A stretch of 64,000 nucleotides of DNA, taken from Carcharhinus longimanus (taxonomy: Eukaryota). The notes under the pieces are model-generated. The model was not told where the DNA came from. It was given only the letters and a program-made list of their open reading frames with translations, and did not search any database. Made by a program: the position numbers and the translations under genes. The stretch covers positions 98,978,714 through 99,042,713 of the forward strand of contig JASCQW010000190.1 of the NCBI GenBank assembly GCA_030264375.1, read 5' to 3'. Shown here piece by piece: positions 1-14,099 of this stretch (position 1 is its first letter; the number at the start of each line of letters is the position of its first letter).

Positions 1-1175
1 GCGCGCGCCGCCCCCCCCACCCAGAACAGGTGACCGAGTTGAATGATCACCCATGATCATAATGAATGGAGAAGCAAGCTCAAAGGGTCGAATGTCCTAC
101 TCTTGTTCCTATCTTCTGTGTTTCAATGTGAGACAGATGCCAAGCTCTGAAATTTTTTTTTGCGTGGAAAAAAGCAGTTTGATCTTTTATTAGAACACAT
201 TTGTCAATTCCCCCTGGATCAAAAGGCTCTGTGCACACAGGTAACTTCAGGTTTCCCACTAACCTGGAAAGTTGCTATTTACTCAACTTTGTATTTTGCT
301 CTTATTCATTGAATTTCAGTTGTATGTTGCAAACCTTTCTAGTAAGACCGTAACCATAATAAATGTGAATATGATTCTTATATCAATCAATTCAACTGAA
401 AAAATGGGCGTCTGCCATGGAATTGTTTGTCTCATTGAAGTGCGCCGTGTTACTGAAAAAGGTTGGGAACAACTGCTTTAGACACACTATATAAAAACAG
501 CTTTAGCCCTGTGGATAGCCTAATGGTACAATGTAATGTGCCCTGCAGCGTGAAGTCCAAAGAGCTGGGAAGTAGAAAAATAACATTATGTAAAAACATT
601 AAACTGTGTTGTAGTATAGTTGCAAAAAGTCACATTTTTATTTGTCACAATGTGCTTGCAACATACTAATAGATAATTTACTACACTGTAATCGCACTAT
701 TGTTCAATCATTTGTCTTGTCCCTGTGAAGCATTACCCTTCCACTTAATTAGTCACACCAGACATGAATCTGTTCTACTACTAATGTACTGTAATGCTAA
801 CAGAAATAATACGGGAACTAAACCACTGATGTTTAGGCCTGAAATATCTGAAATCTCTGGAACATGGAAAATATGATACAAATCCATTGAAATATTACAC
901 ACTTGATGGGATGTTTTAACCACACAGTATTCAGGTTTTCAAAGGTCAAATTCCATGCATTGATATTCTGCCATGTTAAACAATAAGAACAGTTAAGTAC
1001 CTGGCTTTATATGCAAAGCATCATTAAATGGCACACAAGAAACATGCGATTGTCTGGAATCCTCGCCTTGACCAATACCAATCAGATCACCCATATGAAT
1101 CTTCTAATTATATTGGGTCTTAATATTTTATTAGATAGCTTAGAAAGGTAAAGCATCAGACTGAAGCTTTATTAA

Positions 1176-1430
1176 GGGACGACACAATGGTTAGCACTGC
1201 TTCCTCACAGCGCCGAGGGCCAGGGTTTGATTCCCTGTCACTGTCTGCATGGAGTTTGCACGTTCTCCTCCTGTCTACATGGGTTTCCTCCAGATGATCT
1301 GGTTTTTCCTCACATTCTGAAAGGCATGCTGGTTAGACGTCTTGACAAGCGCTAGAGTGTGGTGACTAGGAGAATTTTACAGTAACTTCATTGCAGTGTT
1401 AATGTAAGCCTTACTTGTGACTAATAAATT
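1176..1430 (+). mobile_element. tRNA-derived V-SINE (tail type B)
   Basis: Pol III A/B boxes (TGGTTAGC, GGTTTGATTCC), V-domain GGAGTTTGCACGTTCTCC...GGGTTTCCTCC, tail CAGTAACTTCATTGCAGTGTTAATGTAAGCC...CTAATAAAT. Confidence 0.85.
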
Positions 1431-1516
1431 AATTTTATTAGGCGAAGGTATATTTATAAATTCTATCAAATGATCATCCAGAATTCTTTTTTAATAACTT
1501 GTGTCAAGATGTGTAA

Positions 1517-1838
1517 GTCATAGAATCATAGAACTCCTACAAGTACAAAAACAGGCCATTTGGCTCATCAAGTCTGTGCTGACAACAATCCAACCCAAGC
1601 CTTATTCCTGTAACCCCATACATTTACCCTGCTAATCCCCCTGAATTAGGGGGTCAGTTTTCGCATGGCCAATTAATCTAACCCACACATTTTTCAACTT
1701 GGGAGGGAACCATAGCATCTGGACGAAACCCACAGGGAGAAAGTGCATACTCTGCACAACTTGTGACCAAGGGCAGAATCGAACCTGAGTCCCTGGCACT
1801 GTGAGGCAGCAGTGCTAACATCTGTGCCACCGTGCCAC
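1517..1838 (-). mobile_element. V-SINE, HE1-like (CR1-type tail A)
   Basis: Reverse complement of the same head and V-domain, with an (ATTCTATG)n-type tail. Confidence 0.85.
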
Positions 1839-3030
1839 CTCAAGTCATTTGTGACGTGAGCTGGCGAAGACCATTTGAAATATAGATTTACATGCTATTG
1901 GGTTCGGCTCTTTGCTATGAGTTACTGTCAGCTGGAAGAATATTGCAGAATGAAAAACTGAAATACCTTCCAGTATTTAATGTGAGAAGTCTGTTGAATA
2001 GCAAGTTACCATTCCCTGAATGAATTAACAACTAATAGTGAAGACAGTAAAACCATTTTTTTAGGTCTCAGAGCTTGGTGAAAAATCTCCACTGAGTGTT
2101 ATAAAATCTATGCACACCATTTGGATGATGCATGTCAAACGTCCCTACGTTGTACATATATGCCTCACACCAGTATAAGAATTGGGGGAAAACTCTCCAC
2201 TGGATGGTTGAAGTCATCCTGAACACAAAGGAAGATGGTTGTGGCTGTTGGAGGTCTATTATCTCAATGCTTTTTCTTCACAAAAGTTATACACAAAATA
2301 TCTGAAAGAGCCTTACAAACTTTTCAAAATTGCCATCACACAAATTGCAATAATATAGAGGTTTTTTACATTATCATCACTGCACTCTTGAGACGCCTCA
2401 ATGCAATCAAACAAAAGTTACAGACATTTCAGAATGGTCATTAAAAATAGTGCAAAGGTATTTAAGTTGTCTACATGGATGAAGTTGCACTCTGAGGTGC
2501 TTCAATACAATTGTGATACATGTAATATTCACTGTATAAAATCAGTGTAAATCATACAGACTGAGGGAGTTCTATCCAATTCCTCTCCCCTGAAAGTTCT
2601 TAGATAACACCCTTCCCCCTGTCCCAAGCTTTAGTGCATCCCTCAGCTCATGGTCTTGGGATTTAGAATGCAATCATCTCAGTACTTGACAGTAGTGCAC
2701 AAGTTCCTCAGGATAGTCTCCTAGGCCCAATCATCTTCAGCTGCTTCATCAATGACCTTCACTCCTTCATAAGGTCAGAATGGAGATGTTCACTGATGAC
2801 TGCACAATGTTCAGCACCATTCATGACTCCTCACTTACTGAAGCTGTCTGTGTTGTAGTGGATTCTCACAAATATGAACTGATTTGTATATGGGGAATTA
2901 TCAATGTGTATGTTATAAGTGTCATAAAGTACTTACTTCTTTCTTACCCTAAATTATGCCTGGTAAATTGTAGGATTTGCGCCTTCAAATGGCTGTGAGA
3001 CAGACACCATGTCTGGCCAAACCCCTCAGT

Positions 3031-3172
3031 GAGAAGTCTCACAACACCAGGTTAAAGTCCAACAAGTTTATTTGATAATAAGCCAACAAGCTTTCAGAAC
3101 GCTGTTCCTTCGTCAGGTGAGTGTAAAGTTCTTACTGTGTTTACCTCAGTCCAACGCTGGCATTTCCACATC
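3031..3172 (-). mobile_element. Penelope-like fragment with partly degenerate hammerhead (3087-3120)
   Basis: Reverse complement contains TCAC-CTGACGA-A-GGAAC-AGC-GTTCT-GAAA-GCTT-GTTG. Flanked by the near-identical repeats AAACCCCTCAGT / AATCCCCTCAGT. Confidence 0.7.
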
Positions 3173-3807
3173 AATCCCCTCAGTCACAGGAAATCCTTTG
3201 TTTGGATATTCGTTCTCAGCTTTTGGTAGATACTAAGCTCCTCGACACTTATGATTATCAATAATGAGTAAAACAATAACTTGTAATTGTAAAAGCATTT
3301 GTCTAAACATCCTGGGTATGTTACAGATTGAAACTTTTACACGACGGGCTCCATCGTCAGCTCTTCTAACAATCAGAGGTGGGATTCTTTGTCTTATTGT
3401 GTGAGTATCAGCCCAGGAAATGAACCCTTAGCATGAGAGATGATATCACATCTGACAGTTCATGGAGCTGATCGTGCATTAGGTTAACCAATCATTGACT
3501 GCCACAAGGCATGAGAATGGAGGAAAACCGTGCACTAAGGTGGATAACAGGGCCTTCCTCCTTTGTTCCACTGCCATGCCATCAGGACTGTTGGCCAATT
3601 TGCATCAAATCCTCCCAAGCTTCTCCATGATGTAGCACTCTGTGCTTTACAGACTCTTATGCACAACTAAGCAAATGTCAACTCTGCTGGAACCTCATCA
3701 ACTTGGCAAAAGATGCTCTTCTTTGGTCTGCTTGAAATTTGTTGATCTTCCAGTGTGAAAAATTGCCTATGACCAGGTGTTGCCAACTGCCCCATTCCAA
3801 GGTCCTT

Positions 3808-4158
3808 GATGGTAGCACAATGGTTAGCACTGATGTCTCATAGCACCAGGGACACGGGTTTAATTCCTGCCTTGGGTGACTGTCTATGTGGCGTTTGCAC
3901 ATTCTCCCTATGCCTGCTTGGGTTTCCTCTGGGTGCTCCAGTTTCCTCCCACTCTCCAAAGATGTGTGAGTTAGGTTGATTAATCATGCTAATTGCTCCT
4001 TATTGTCAGAGGAATTAGCAGGGTTTTTTTAAGCTGTATGATTCTATGAAATACATAGGATTATAGAAGAGGGCCTGGATGGAATTGTTGTTGGTGCAAG
4101 CTTGATGGACCGAATGGTCTCTTTCTGCACTGTAGGGTTTCTATGGTTCTATTCTATA
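3808..4158 (+). mobile_element. V-SINE, HE1-like (tail A)
   Basis: A/B boxes, V-domain, tail GATGGACCGAATGGTCTCTTTCTGCACTGTAGGGTTTCTATG. Confidence 0.85.
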
Positions 4159-6596
4159 ACTTGGTGCAGAGGGATACACTGAAGTTTGGGGCCACTATCG
4201 CAAAGGAGCAATGGCAAAAGGCAACAGTCTTAGGTCTTTCTGCCAAAAAGTATACTAGAGGACAGGTAATTTATGGAACTAATCTGAAATGTGTTGGAAT
4301 GAACTTTTAGATTTATGAATGAAGCAAAATTTTGGAAAATGAAATTCGCTCTGGGGCTACTCAGCACATGGAGAGGGAATTGGAATAAAGCTGGAAGAAA
4401 GAAAGAGCTGGACCTGGACTGGATAAGATAAAAGCCTGTAGAATCATACCAGGCAAGTAGATGAGAAAAATCTTTTAGTCTCTGTGGTTTCATCAGTAAA
4501 TACAGAATTGGGTATAGAGTGGGGCCAGTAGGAATAAAGACACTAGATGGGAGGGACCTTTAGGAATGAAGACACCAGATGGGAGGGGACAGTCTGTATT
4601 AATGATAATCCCTGTGCCTGATTCTCAGCTATCAGTTGGCTATCTTTATTCTGGGTGTTTGAAGAATAGTTCAATAGATTTAATTCACAAATTTTGTAAT
4701 CTTATAACTGTTGTCAGTGTTGTCATTTAACCTTTTCAAGTCTGAACCCAATTTCTGGTTAAACATGTTAATGTGTCCATATACAGCATGACCTGGCAAC
4801 ATTCAGGCTTATGTTGATAAGTGGCAAGCAATGGTCATGCCACACATGTGCCAAGCAATGACCATCTCCAACAAGAGACCATCTCCTTTTGACATTCAAT
4901 AACAACACCATCCTTGAATCCCCCATGATCATCAGTCTGGGGGCTATTATTGACTGAAAACTTAACTGGACTATCCATATAAATACTGAGCTTACAACAG
5001 CAAGTCAAATGCAGGGCATTCTATTGCAAGTAACTTTCTCTTGACTCTTCACCATCTACAAAACACAGGGGGAGTGGTGGAATGATCTTCACTTGCCTGG
5101 ATGAGTACAGCCCCAACAACAACAACTCAAGATGTTTGACACCATCCAGTATAAAGCAACCCATTTGATTGTCACCCCATTGACTACCTTTAACATTCAC
5201 TCCCTCCACCGCTAACACAAAGTAGATAAAGAGTGTATCATCTACAAAGTGCATTGCTGCAACACATCAAATCTCCTTCAACAACATTTTCCAAACCTAT
5301 GTCCTCTACCACTTCAAAGCACAGGTGCAGCAGATGCACGGGAACATCATCAACTGCAGGTTCTCCTCTAAGTCATATGTCACCCTTATTTGAAAGTGTA
5401 TTGCCATTTCTTCACTGTCACAAGGTCAAAATCCTGGAATTCACTCCCTAACAGCACTGCGGGTATATTAGCATCACATGGACTTCAGTGATTCCAGAAG
5501 ACACCTCATCACTAGCTTCTTAAGAAAACTGGCAACAAATTGTGGCCTAGCCAGTGAATCCCACATCCTGTAAAAGAATTTTTAAAAAGTCTTTTTTGAG
5601 TGTAATGGTGTAATTAATTGATGACATCTCTCTAACATCATCCAGTGCAGATGCAATGTTTAATTTGTCATAGCCAATTTGCCTTTCCTTCTGGTTCACA
5701 GGGAGACCGATGGTACAATTTAAAAATAAATGTAGAAAAATGTAGCAAAGCAATATGTTTATACCACTCCTCCAAGGCTGAGTGCTTTACAAACCAGATT
5801 CAATGTCTGATTTGGGTCCAGTAAGTTGATACTAGCTGGGCAGCAGAGGACACATTATAATTAAACAGCTGTTCTTCCACTGCATGTTTAGATCTGATAT
5901 TGGGAGACAGCTATTCCAGCATTTATGCAACTAACCCAGAAATCATCCCATTGATCCATAAAGAAATGGGTCTGTGTATTGTGCCACAGACATATTGGAG
6001 AAGGATTTAGCAAAAAATGCCAGGAGCTGCTCATGGATCCCAGTAACCCAGAACCCAATAATGGTTGTCACTAATGTCCTTGGATCAGAAGAAAACTATC
6101 AGTCAGGGCTTACATAAGATGTCTGCCTGATGAGTTAGGCAAAAACATGGCTCTATCTCAAGAAGAACATCCATGATCTCTTTCTATCCTTACCATGATT
6201 TTTCTTCAACCAACACTACAAAAATTAAACTATTTTATGATTTGTTCATTTAATATTCATGGAGCCTCCTTCTGTCCAAAAGTAACTGCTGTGTTTATCT
6301 CTATAACAGTAAAGACACTCTAAAGAAATCCACAGGTTATCCTTTAAAAAACCTCTTCCACCTCATCAAGTACTATAATGCCCTTCTACTCACCACCAAC
6401 ACCTCTGTTCACCTTAATCTGCTCTCTTATGACTGCCTCATTCCAATTTACCCCATCATTTACAGTTATTTTTTCAGTTGTCTACTATCTATGCTTTTCA
6501 ATATCTTCCAAAAACCACCAAACTCCCACACCTCCCACCTATTCTCCTTCAAACTTACCAAACCATTTTCCAACACCCTCCCCCATCCAGAATTAA

Positions 6597-7862
6597 TGGG
6601 GGCAATTCTCCCAGCCTGCTGCATTGCAGAGATCATTTCAGGCCTTCCCGCTGAGCATCACGGCCTCCATGTGTCTCCCGCACTAGGATTTCCAGAGTAA
6701 TTAGCTCCATACCGGAAATCGATGCAGAGCTGATTACCAAATGGAAATCAACATTTCATTATCATTAGGGATTGAAGTTTACAGGTCCACAAGCATCTCC
6801 CCACCCACCCCCACTTCCTGCCTTCTCCCTTCCCCCCACTTCCCCTCCCCAAACCAGGCATGGTTCATTCCAGTGGGGTTTATAACTACGCCCCACTAAT
6901 GGAGAACAGGTGGCTGACTCCACTGGAGTGAACAGAAGCCATTGTGCAATCCCCCCCACTCCCCACCCCCCCAAGGAGGATGGGGGTCGGGTCTCTCTTG
7001 GACAATGCCAGCCTGGTCCCCTGGCACTGCCCAAGGGCTAAACTGGCAATGCCCACAGGTCACCATGATACTGCCCAATGGGCATTATGCAGTGCCAAGG
7101 AGGGGCAGTGGTGGCAGGGCTTACTGGGAGATGGAGCCTGTTGGAGCGGGGCCTGTTGATGGGAAGATTGGTGGAGTGGGGGTCCCACTGCCCCTCTGTA
7201 TATGAGATTGATGGCAGAAGCAGGGAGGACAGTGATCGGGACTGGCCATCCAGTTGGGGGTGAATCAGGGCTGCCAGGGGACTACTGGGGTGACTGCCAG
7301 GGGCTGGATGACTGCCACAGGGCGGGGGAGGACCCGTGGGGTGGCTGGGATTATGGATGGGGTGAGGGCTTGCCCAGGGAGATCTGGGAGCCCAGAGGTT
7401 GGGGTGGGGGTGGGGGGAGTCGGAGGGGGGCAGTGATGAGGGTTATGGGGCTGGTCAGCAACTGTGTTGGCCAGCAATCGGGAGAGGCCATTAATGGGGG
7501 GACCATTACGCATGCGAGGATCTTGGTTCTGACTGATCAGCACATGCGTGATGATCCCTTCAGCACTGTGCTGCTGGCCTTTCGGGCAGGAAAAGGCCCT
7601 GCCCACCACTTTTCAGACAGAATCCTGCTAGGGCATTCTGCAGTGCTCAGAGTATTGGAGATCCAATCTGAAAGTCACGCTATAAAAATTGGCAGGAGTT
7701 ACTCCCATTGTCACACGATTGGGGANNNNNNNNNNNNNNNNNNNNNNNNNNNNNNNNNNNNNNNNNNNNNNNNNNNNNNNNNNNNNNNNNNNNNNNNNNN
7801 NNNNNNNNNNNNNNNNNNNNNNNNNATTGGGGACTTAGAATTTTTTTGTTAGAATCCCGGCC
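6597..7862. mobile_element. GC-rich non-autonomous DNA element, probably Harbinger-type (gapped)
   Basis: GC-rich island that begins GGGGCAATTCT and ends AGAATCCCGGCC, TIR-like ends resembling those of the 60813-60914 MITE; no coding signal. Confidence 0.45.
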
Positions 7863-9466
7863 AATATTTGATATTTGTTTCCCTGTCATTATTTTGTTAT
7901 TTCCCTATGAAGCATCTTGGGATTTTTTTCTAAATTAAAGATTTTGTGTAAATGTATATATGTAAACATTGAAACTCAAAGAGGTTAAGTTCTTCGGCTA
8001 CTTGATAATTTACAGCTAGTTTCAGAGACTGGTTCTCCGATTGGCTGATAACTAATGGTTCTAATGGATTTCTTGCATCCTGGGTAATACGGATCCATTC
8101 CCTTAAACCAGTTTTGATAAAATAATCACTGCAGGGAAATTTCAGAGTAACTTCATTACAGTGCTAATGTAAGCCTTACTTGTGAGTAATAAATAAACTT
8201 TACTTTTCAGTGACACTTCTGAGGCCCAACCAATTTGGTTAGGATGAAGGAGGCCATCGTTATCCAATGGAAGGTTGATAACGACCATTGAGATTTGATT
8301 TTCCCTTTTGTCAAGTGTGAAACATGGAGGCAGGCTGTCTAGAAACTCCACAGTCCTTTGTTGCTGGCCCGTCCTTAAACAATGAGATGTGTAAATTCCA
8401 CAGGTGGGAAAAATGCCTTCACCTATGTCAATATTTAATTAGATATTCATTGGAGACATTATAATGTCTGTATTTCAAATGCCAAAGATCACATGATTTG
8501 CTGTAGCTTCTTTTTGTGTCCAATTTTTGAAAGTATTAACTGAAAGTTTATCATATCACATGCCTCCACTGGGCTTGACCGTAAGAAGAAAAGCTTTCTC
8601 TGTCAGGCCACTTTATTTCAATAAAACCTTTACATTCGAACTGTCTAGATGAATAATTTAACTCTTAAGTACTGATTTCTTTTGTCAAGATTAAACACTT
8701 CACTATGCATTCAGCGCAAATTATTCAATTATTCAAATTGACATGTTATTACAACAAGGCGAATCACAAGCATAAATTGATATATAAAGCTGGCATGCCA
8801 CTCAATTTGGTTGGAAATTTAATATATTGCTTTACATAGTGTTGGAAAATGGACTAGTAGTCATCTGCTCTCACATATAGTTTGACAATCTCAACTGTGA
8901 TGCAGTGAGAATCCCCCCAGCAGAGGCTAAACGTTTTGTCAGAAGGACAAAGAGGAAATCAGAGAGAACTCACTCCAGGCAACCTTTCAAGAGTGCCTCA
9001 TAGAACAGAGATCTAAGAGGAAATTTCTTTCATGCACTCTCGGGAAGGAACTGGGTGCAAGTCAGAAGCAGGTTATTCGCTTAAAACATATTGACTCCTC
9101 ATCAGAAAGGTCATGAAAAGAGTCATATTAGTGAGCAGTGACAGTGACAACAATATCACCAGTAAACATGTCACAAAGCATTCAAAATTTCCTATGGTGC
9201 TTTGTACAGAAATAGCAACAGGAACTGAAACTAACTCTGTAGAAAAGAGGTTGGAAAAGTAACCAAAGAGGAAATCTTAATTATTCTGAATGATTAACAT
9301 CACTACTAAGGTGTATTAAATATTAGTGGGGTTCATCAATATCAGTAAGATTTATTAGTAAACGTCAATTGGAAAAGCTTTATTTCTATCGGTAAAGTTT
9401 ATTACTAATACTAAGGTTTAAGAGCAGTAACAAGGTTATTAATTAATAAATTGAGGAATAGCAGGG

Positions 9467-10250
9467 TTGCCCCAATCTCAAGAATGTGGGTGCTGTGCTA
9501 TGTTGCTAGTCCAGGATGCTTCACACGTCCTGGTTAACTATTCATGCAAAAGCTATCATCAGTTAAAACAGCCTGATCTCTGGGTCTCTGAACTTGAGCA
9601 ACATCTGGCATCACTGTGGCACATCTGTGAGGTTGAGTACTTCACGGATAGCATGTTTATAGATGTGGTCACCCTGTGGCTTAACAGTCCCTCTGACTTG
9701 CACCCAGTTCCTTCCCGAAAGTGCATGAAGATTTCCTCTTAGATCTCTGTCCTGTGGGAAAGAGACAAAAGGTGACTACCAGGGCAGTCCAGTCACGTTA
9801 TGCAGGAGTCCCCTGAATGCACCCCATTCTCCAACCAGTATTCAGTTCTAATGAGAGTGATGGTTCATCTGGAGAGTGCACCCAGAGTTAATTCCATGAC
9901 ACCTCAATTATTCAAGGAAGACTGGAAGAGCAATATTGATAGGTTATTTGAGAGTTAAGGGTGCTTCTGCAACCACAGACAATAAACCAGGTTGGTGTGT
10001 TGAGTCCCTGGTCCCAGGGGTATTAGTGTCACTGGACAGCTGCTGAGACTCTGAGGGAAAAAAATGAACAGCCAGCAGTCGCATTCCACATTGGTACAAA
10101 CAACATAGGCAGAAAGAAGAACGTGGTCCTGTGATCATAATGCAGAGAGTTGCATAGGAAATTAACAAGGAGAACCTCAGAATAGTAATCTCATTGGGGC
10201 TGGTTCTGAGAGAAATGGGATCCATATAGGCTGGTTGGTTTGCACCTAAA
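9467..10250 (+). mobile_element. CR1 LINE ORF1 remnant
   Basis: CxxC...YxCxx zinc-finger-like start and coiled coil (VSELEQHL...DSMFIDVVT), SPE..PFSNQYSVL motif, then decayed SGNH-esterase-like sequence. Confidence 0.65.
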
Positions 10251-10650
10251 TAGAAAATAGAAAATAAGAGCAGGAGGAGGGTATTCAGCCTGTTCCGCCA
10301 TTCATTATGATCATGGCTAATAATCCAACTCAATAGCCTAATCCCTATCTCCTTTGATCCCCTTCGCCGCAAGAGCTATAGCTAACTGCTTCTTGAAAAC
10401 ATATAGGCCAGAGTTTTACCACCCAGTCGACCACAAGAATCAGAGGGCAAACGAGGCCATGAAATCCAACCCACAATGTTTTGGCCTTGATTACTTTCTT
10501 TGGTAGAAAATTCTGCAAGCTTACCATTCTCAGCGTGAAGAAATTTATCCTCAAATCTGTCCTAAAGGGTCTATACTGTATCGTCAAACCGTGACCCTTG
10601 ATTCCAGAGAACCCCACCATTGGGAACATCCTTATTGCATCTGGCCTGAA
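10250..10650 (-). mobile_element. CR1 LINE 3' end
   Basis: Minus ORF MFPMVGFS.IKGH.L.I..RPFRTDLRINFFTLRMV.L.NFLP, typical of the CR1 ORF2 C-terminus, plus 3' UTR. Confidence 0.8.
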
Positions 10651-10789
10651 ACTCATCAAAGGTCAAAACCAATTTGAATGATGCCCTTATAAAGTGAAAC
10701 AAAGGAGAAAGAAGTATTACAGCCAAGATACTTGTACACTGTGTCCTGTAGAATCTGGGTCAGTCATGATCCATACCATGCATGGCCAT

Positions 10790-11225
10790 AAGATTGGCTG
10801 AGTAGTGGATAGTGTAGAGGATAACAATAATCTCCAAAACAATATTGATGGGTTGGTGGAGTGGGCAATAAAGTGGTGGGTGTATTTGAACATGGGGAAA
10901 TGTGAGGTCATGCATTTAGGGAGGTCAAACAGTTATAATAAGTACACAATAAATGGGAATATACTAAAAGGGTCAGATGAAGTAAAAGATCTAGGCATAC
11001 AAGTCTCCAGGTCCCTAAAGGCAGGAGTTCAAGTCGACAAGGTTGTAAAGAAGGCACATGGAATGCTCTCCTTCAGTGGCAGAGATATAAAATATAAAGG
11101 TAAGGATCTATGTTGCCAAGTGGGATTAGAAAGGGCACCTGTGTGTCCTCAGGCTAGCATAGACAAGATGGGCCAAATGATCTCCTTCTGAGAAGCAACT
11201 TTTCTATGGTTCTATGGTTCTATAA
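10790..11225 (+). mobile_element. CR1 ORF2 3' fragment with internal deletion and TTCTATGG tail
   Basis: LQNNIDGLVEWA.KW....N.GKCEVMHLGRSN...KDLGIQV..SLK...QVDKVVKKA.GML.F. Confidence 0.85.
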
Positions 11226-14099
11226 TTTAACACCTCAGAACTGTCAGTTGTTCCAGGTTAAACCGAAAGATGTATATCACGTGGATACTGGTATGATGCA
11301 GGTATAGAAGGGGGTCACATATTGGAATGCAGGCAGACAAACTGTGTAGGAGCTGCTCAGTTACTGCTAATGGACATCTACAGTCATTAGCTCCTTGTCC
11401 CCAATTATTGGAACCCAATATTTCTACAGGTGTCGTTTGGGGTGGGATGACATCTGAACAGCTGCATTCTGGAGAAAGTTTGGTTAATATCAAATGGCTG
11501 GTGGAAGGCCTGCATATTGAGCAGTGGAGTAATCACACTTGGAGGAGGCAAAGGCATGATTATCACTTACAGTGGCAGAGAAACTGAAAGAACAAAAGTA
11601 GAGCTAAGTGATATCAATGAGTGAACTCAATTCAGAGTCAAATATAATGACATGATTGCGCACAGTTTTATACAATGAGTGAATGGCTGGAGACCGCAAT
11701 AACAACAATGCCAAGGTCACAGAGTTAATGGAGGGCAATTAAATGATGGCTTCCACCTTCCTAACGTTTCACTGAAGGAAATTGTGAGACAGCACAGAGG
11801 CTTCAAATAAAAGTGTCCTATGAAGAAGTCCATTGCTTGGATCAATGATCTATGTTGAATTAGCTGATGTTACTTGATGTGAAGGTTGCAATGAGCTGAG
11901 TGAGGATGGCCTAGGGGGTTCATTGCAATTAATTTCACCATGCCAATGTTTGGGAAAGGAAAAAATAATAATAGTTCACTCTCCTGATTACTATTCCAAC
12001 AAGTCATAGTGGCAACCCTGATAACATCAGAACTTCGGATATAGCCAGGAAATCCCCTTCACCGAATAGCCTCTTGACATTCCCTGTCAAGATTTAGGTG
12101 GTGGATGAAAGATTACTTGTGCAAGGTACATGGGCTATGGAACCTTGTGTAGTAAGGAATCAATACCTTTGGGAAAACAGTGAAAAAAATATTCAAAACG
12201 TAACTGTGCTGTACAGAAGCTGAAAAAATCAAACAGGTATTCAGAACACAGGTAAGGAGCAGAAGGATCTGCTGGATCTGACTCAGGGAGAAGAGTGAAT
12301 AGCCTTCAGCTGGTTGAGACAAAGTTAAAAAGACAAGAACAGGATGGAATAGTGTTGAGAGCATTGGAAAGTAGCTGCTAAATTCTGAATGATGGTAGGA
12401 GGAGGGTTTTTTTCATGCATGGAATATTAAATACAAATGCATTTTCATTTTCCACTAAGCATTAGAGAATCACCGCAACAATAAAATCAGTATTTTTAGC
12501 ATAGCCTCATTACCACAGATACAAATGGAATAGTATTCCCAGCTATTTCCTGCACCTGCAGATGTATAGAGGCTCATGATTCTAATCAAAGAAGTATGGT
12601 AACTGGAGATACGGAGTGGATTTAGAGAAGAGCTATATGCAGTATTTATAAGGGTCAGGGGTGCTTTAAAACAGCACTGAATAACCAGGGAGATCTGAGA
12701 GAAATTGAAGCATTGATAATTGGAGAGCTTGGATTAATATTTAAAGTAGATGTAACTAGCTAGGGGAGATCAGAATGGTGTGTGATACAAGAGAGAACTG
12801 TAAAGTGTTTTCAGTATTAGCAAACAGATAAAACTATTGAAGGGAATCAGTGAACAGCCTCAGGCCTAAGTGGGGCTCCTATGCAAAATCTCCATGTGAA
12901 GCATATAAATTAGTCTGACTAAGGCCCACAGTTTTGCATAACAGCATTTGAAGGCTTTGGCTGAAATGCTATTTATAAATATATCTGAATGTCAGATGTA
13001 TCAGATGTTCATGTTTCGCCCAGTGCAAGAAAATGTTTTATTTATGAAAAGGGCAGTTTCTTTACATGGCATGTGAAGAAAAAGCCATTGCCACTCTATT
13101 CTGGACTAGTCCTAACTCCCTGCAATTGTTCTTTCATGCATTGATTCGCTTTCAGCGTATTTTGTGAAAACTAACAGAAGAGACCAACTGAAGAGGTTCC
13201 CAGTGAAAGCACATGGGGCATGACAGTATTGGAAAACATCTTCTAATATCACCAAGGTTTTGCTTTGAACATTTCAATGGGACTCAGGACACCGTCTTTG
13301 ATGAAGTGATCATGCTTGTCATTTATCCAATCATTTATATACCCATGATGTTATCACACACAGATCTCATGTGGTGCATTAGTTGCAACTGAGGCAGAAG
13401 CTCGGGGTTCAAGTCCCACTCTGTGATTTGATGGCTATGGAAGGTGTGTACATTATGTGCTAAACAGGTTGATTATCGCCTGGAAAATCCTNNNNNNNNN
13501 NNNCTTCTCCTATGCCAGTGTAACAGCACAGTCAGGACCTGCAGAAAACCAACAGCAAAATTTTGCAGTACCTTGCCAAGCATAGCTATGGATAAAGGCG
13601 TGGAAGTCCACAATCACCAATGCCTTCTCAAGGCATGAAAATAGATGTTATCACAGGGCTTACATGATGTGTTTTCACATTATAACACATGCATCATTGT
13701 GACACGTGGGCTCTTCCTTGTTCTTGATCAATGTCCCTGTGTTGAAAAATACTTTTCAAGCACTGCTTTCTGTCCCTTTAAGAAACTTGAATCTCAACTG
13801 CTGGTGCATAGCTATGAAAAGTAGGTCTACATTCAAAGATATCCATCCATTCAGTTTTGAATACAAACAAATTCATTGGGGTAAACCGTTCAGAAATTTC
13901 ACAAATGTAATGCAGATATGAAAAGTACAGCTTTTTTTAAAGTAGTTTATTTATTTATTAGTCGCAAGTAAGGTTTACGTTAACACTGCAACGAAGTTAC
14001 CGTCTAATTCTCCTAGTCGTTTACAGTGAGAATGTTACTTTTGTTAACCTATTATTGCTTTAGCATGGAGTTAGGTAAGATCATGCTTTCCTGAGCAGC

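Larger units (their letters stand above)
2180..5580 (+). mobile_element. One CR1-clade LINE 3' region split into three pieces (~2180-2265, ~2675-2850, ~4780-5580) by younger insertions
   Basis: RT motifs VPQ(D/G)S.LGP.IF..FINDL and MFTDDC (YADD box) at 2700-2810 continue at 4780 (DL.NIQA..DKWQ...PH.CQ.M.I), through to a tail ending at ~5580. Confidence 0.7.

Noticed and set aside
1176-1250. tRNA-like A/B box sequences here and at other SINE heads
   Set aside because: No complete cloverleaf, and each continues into a SINE body.
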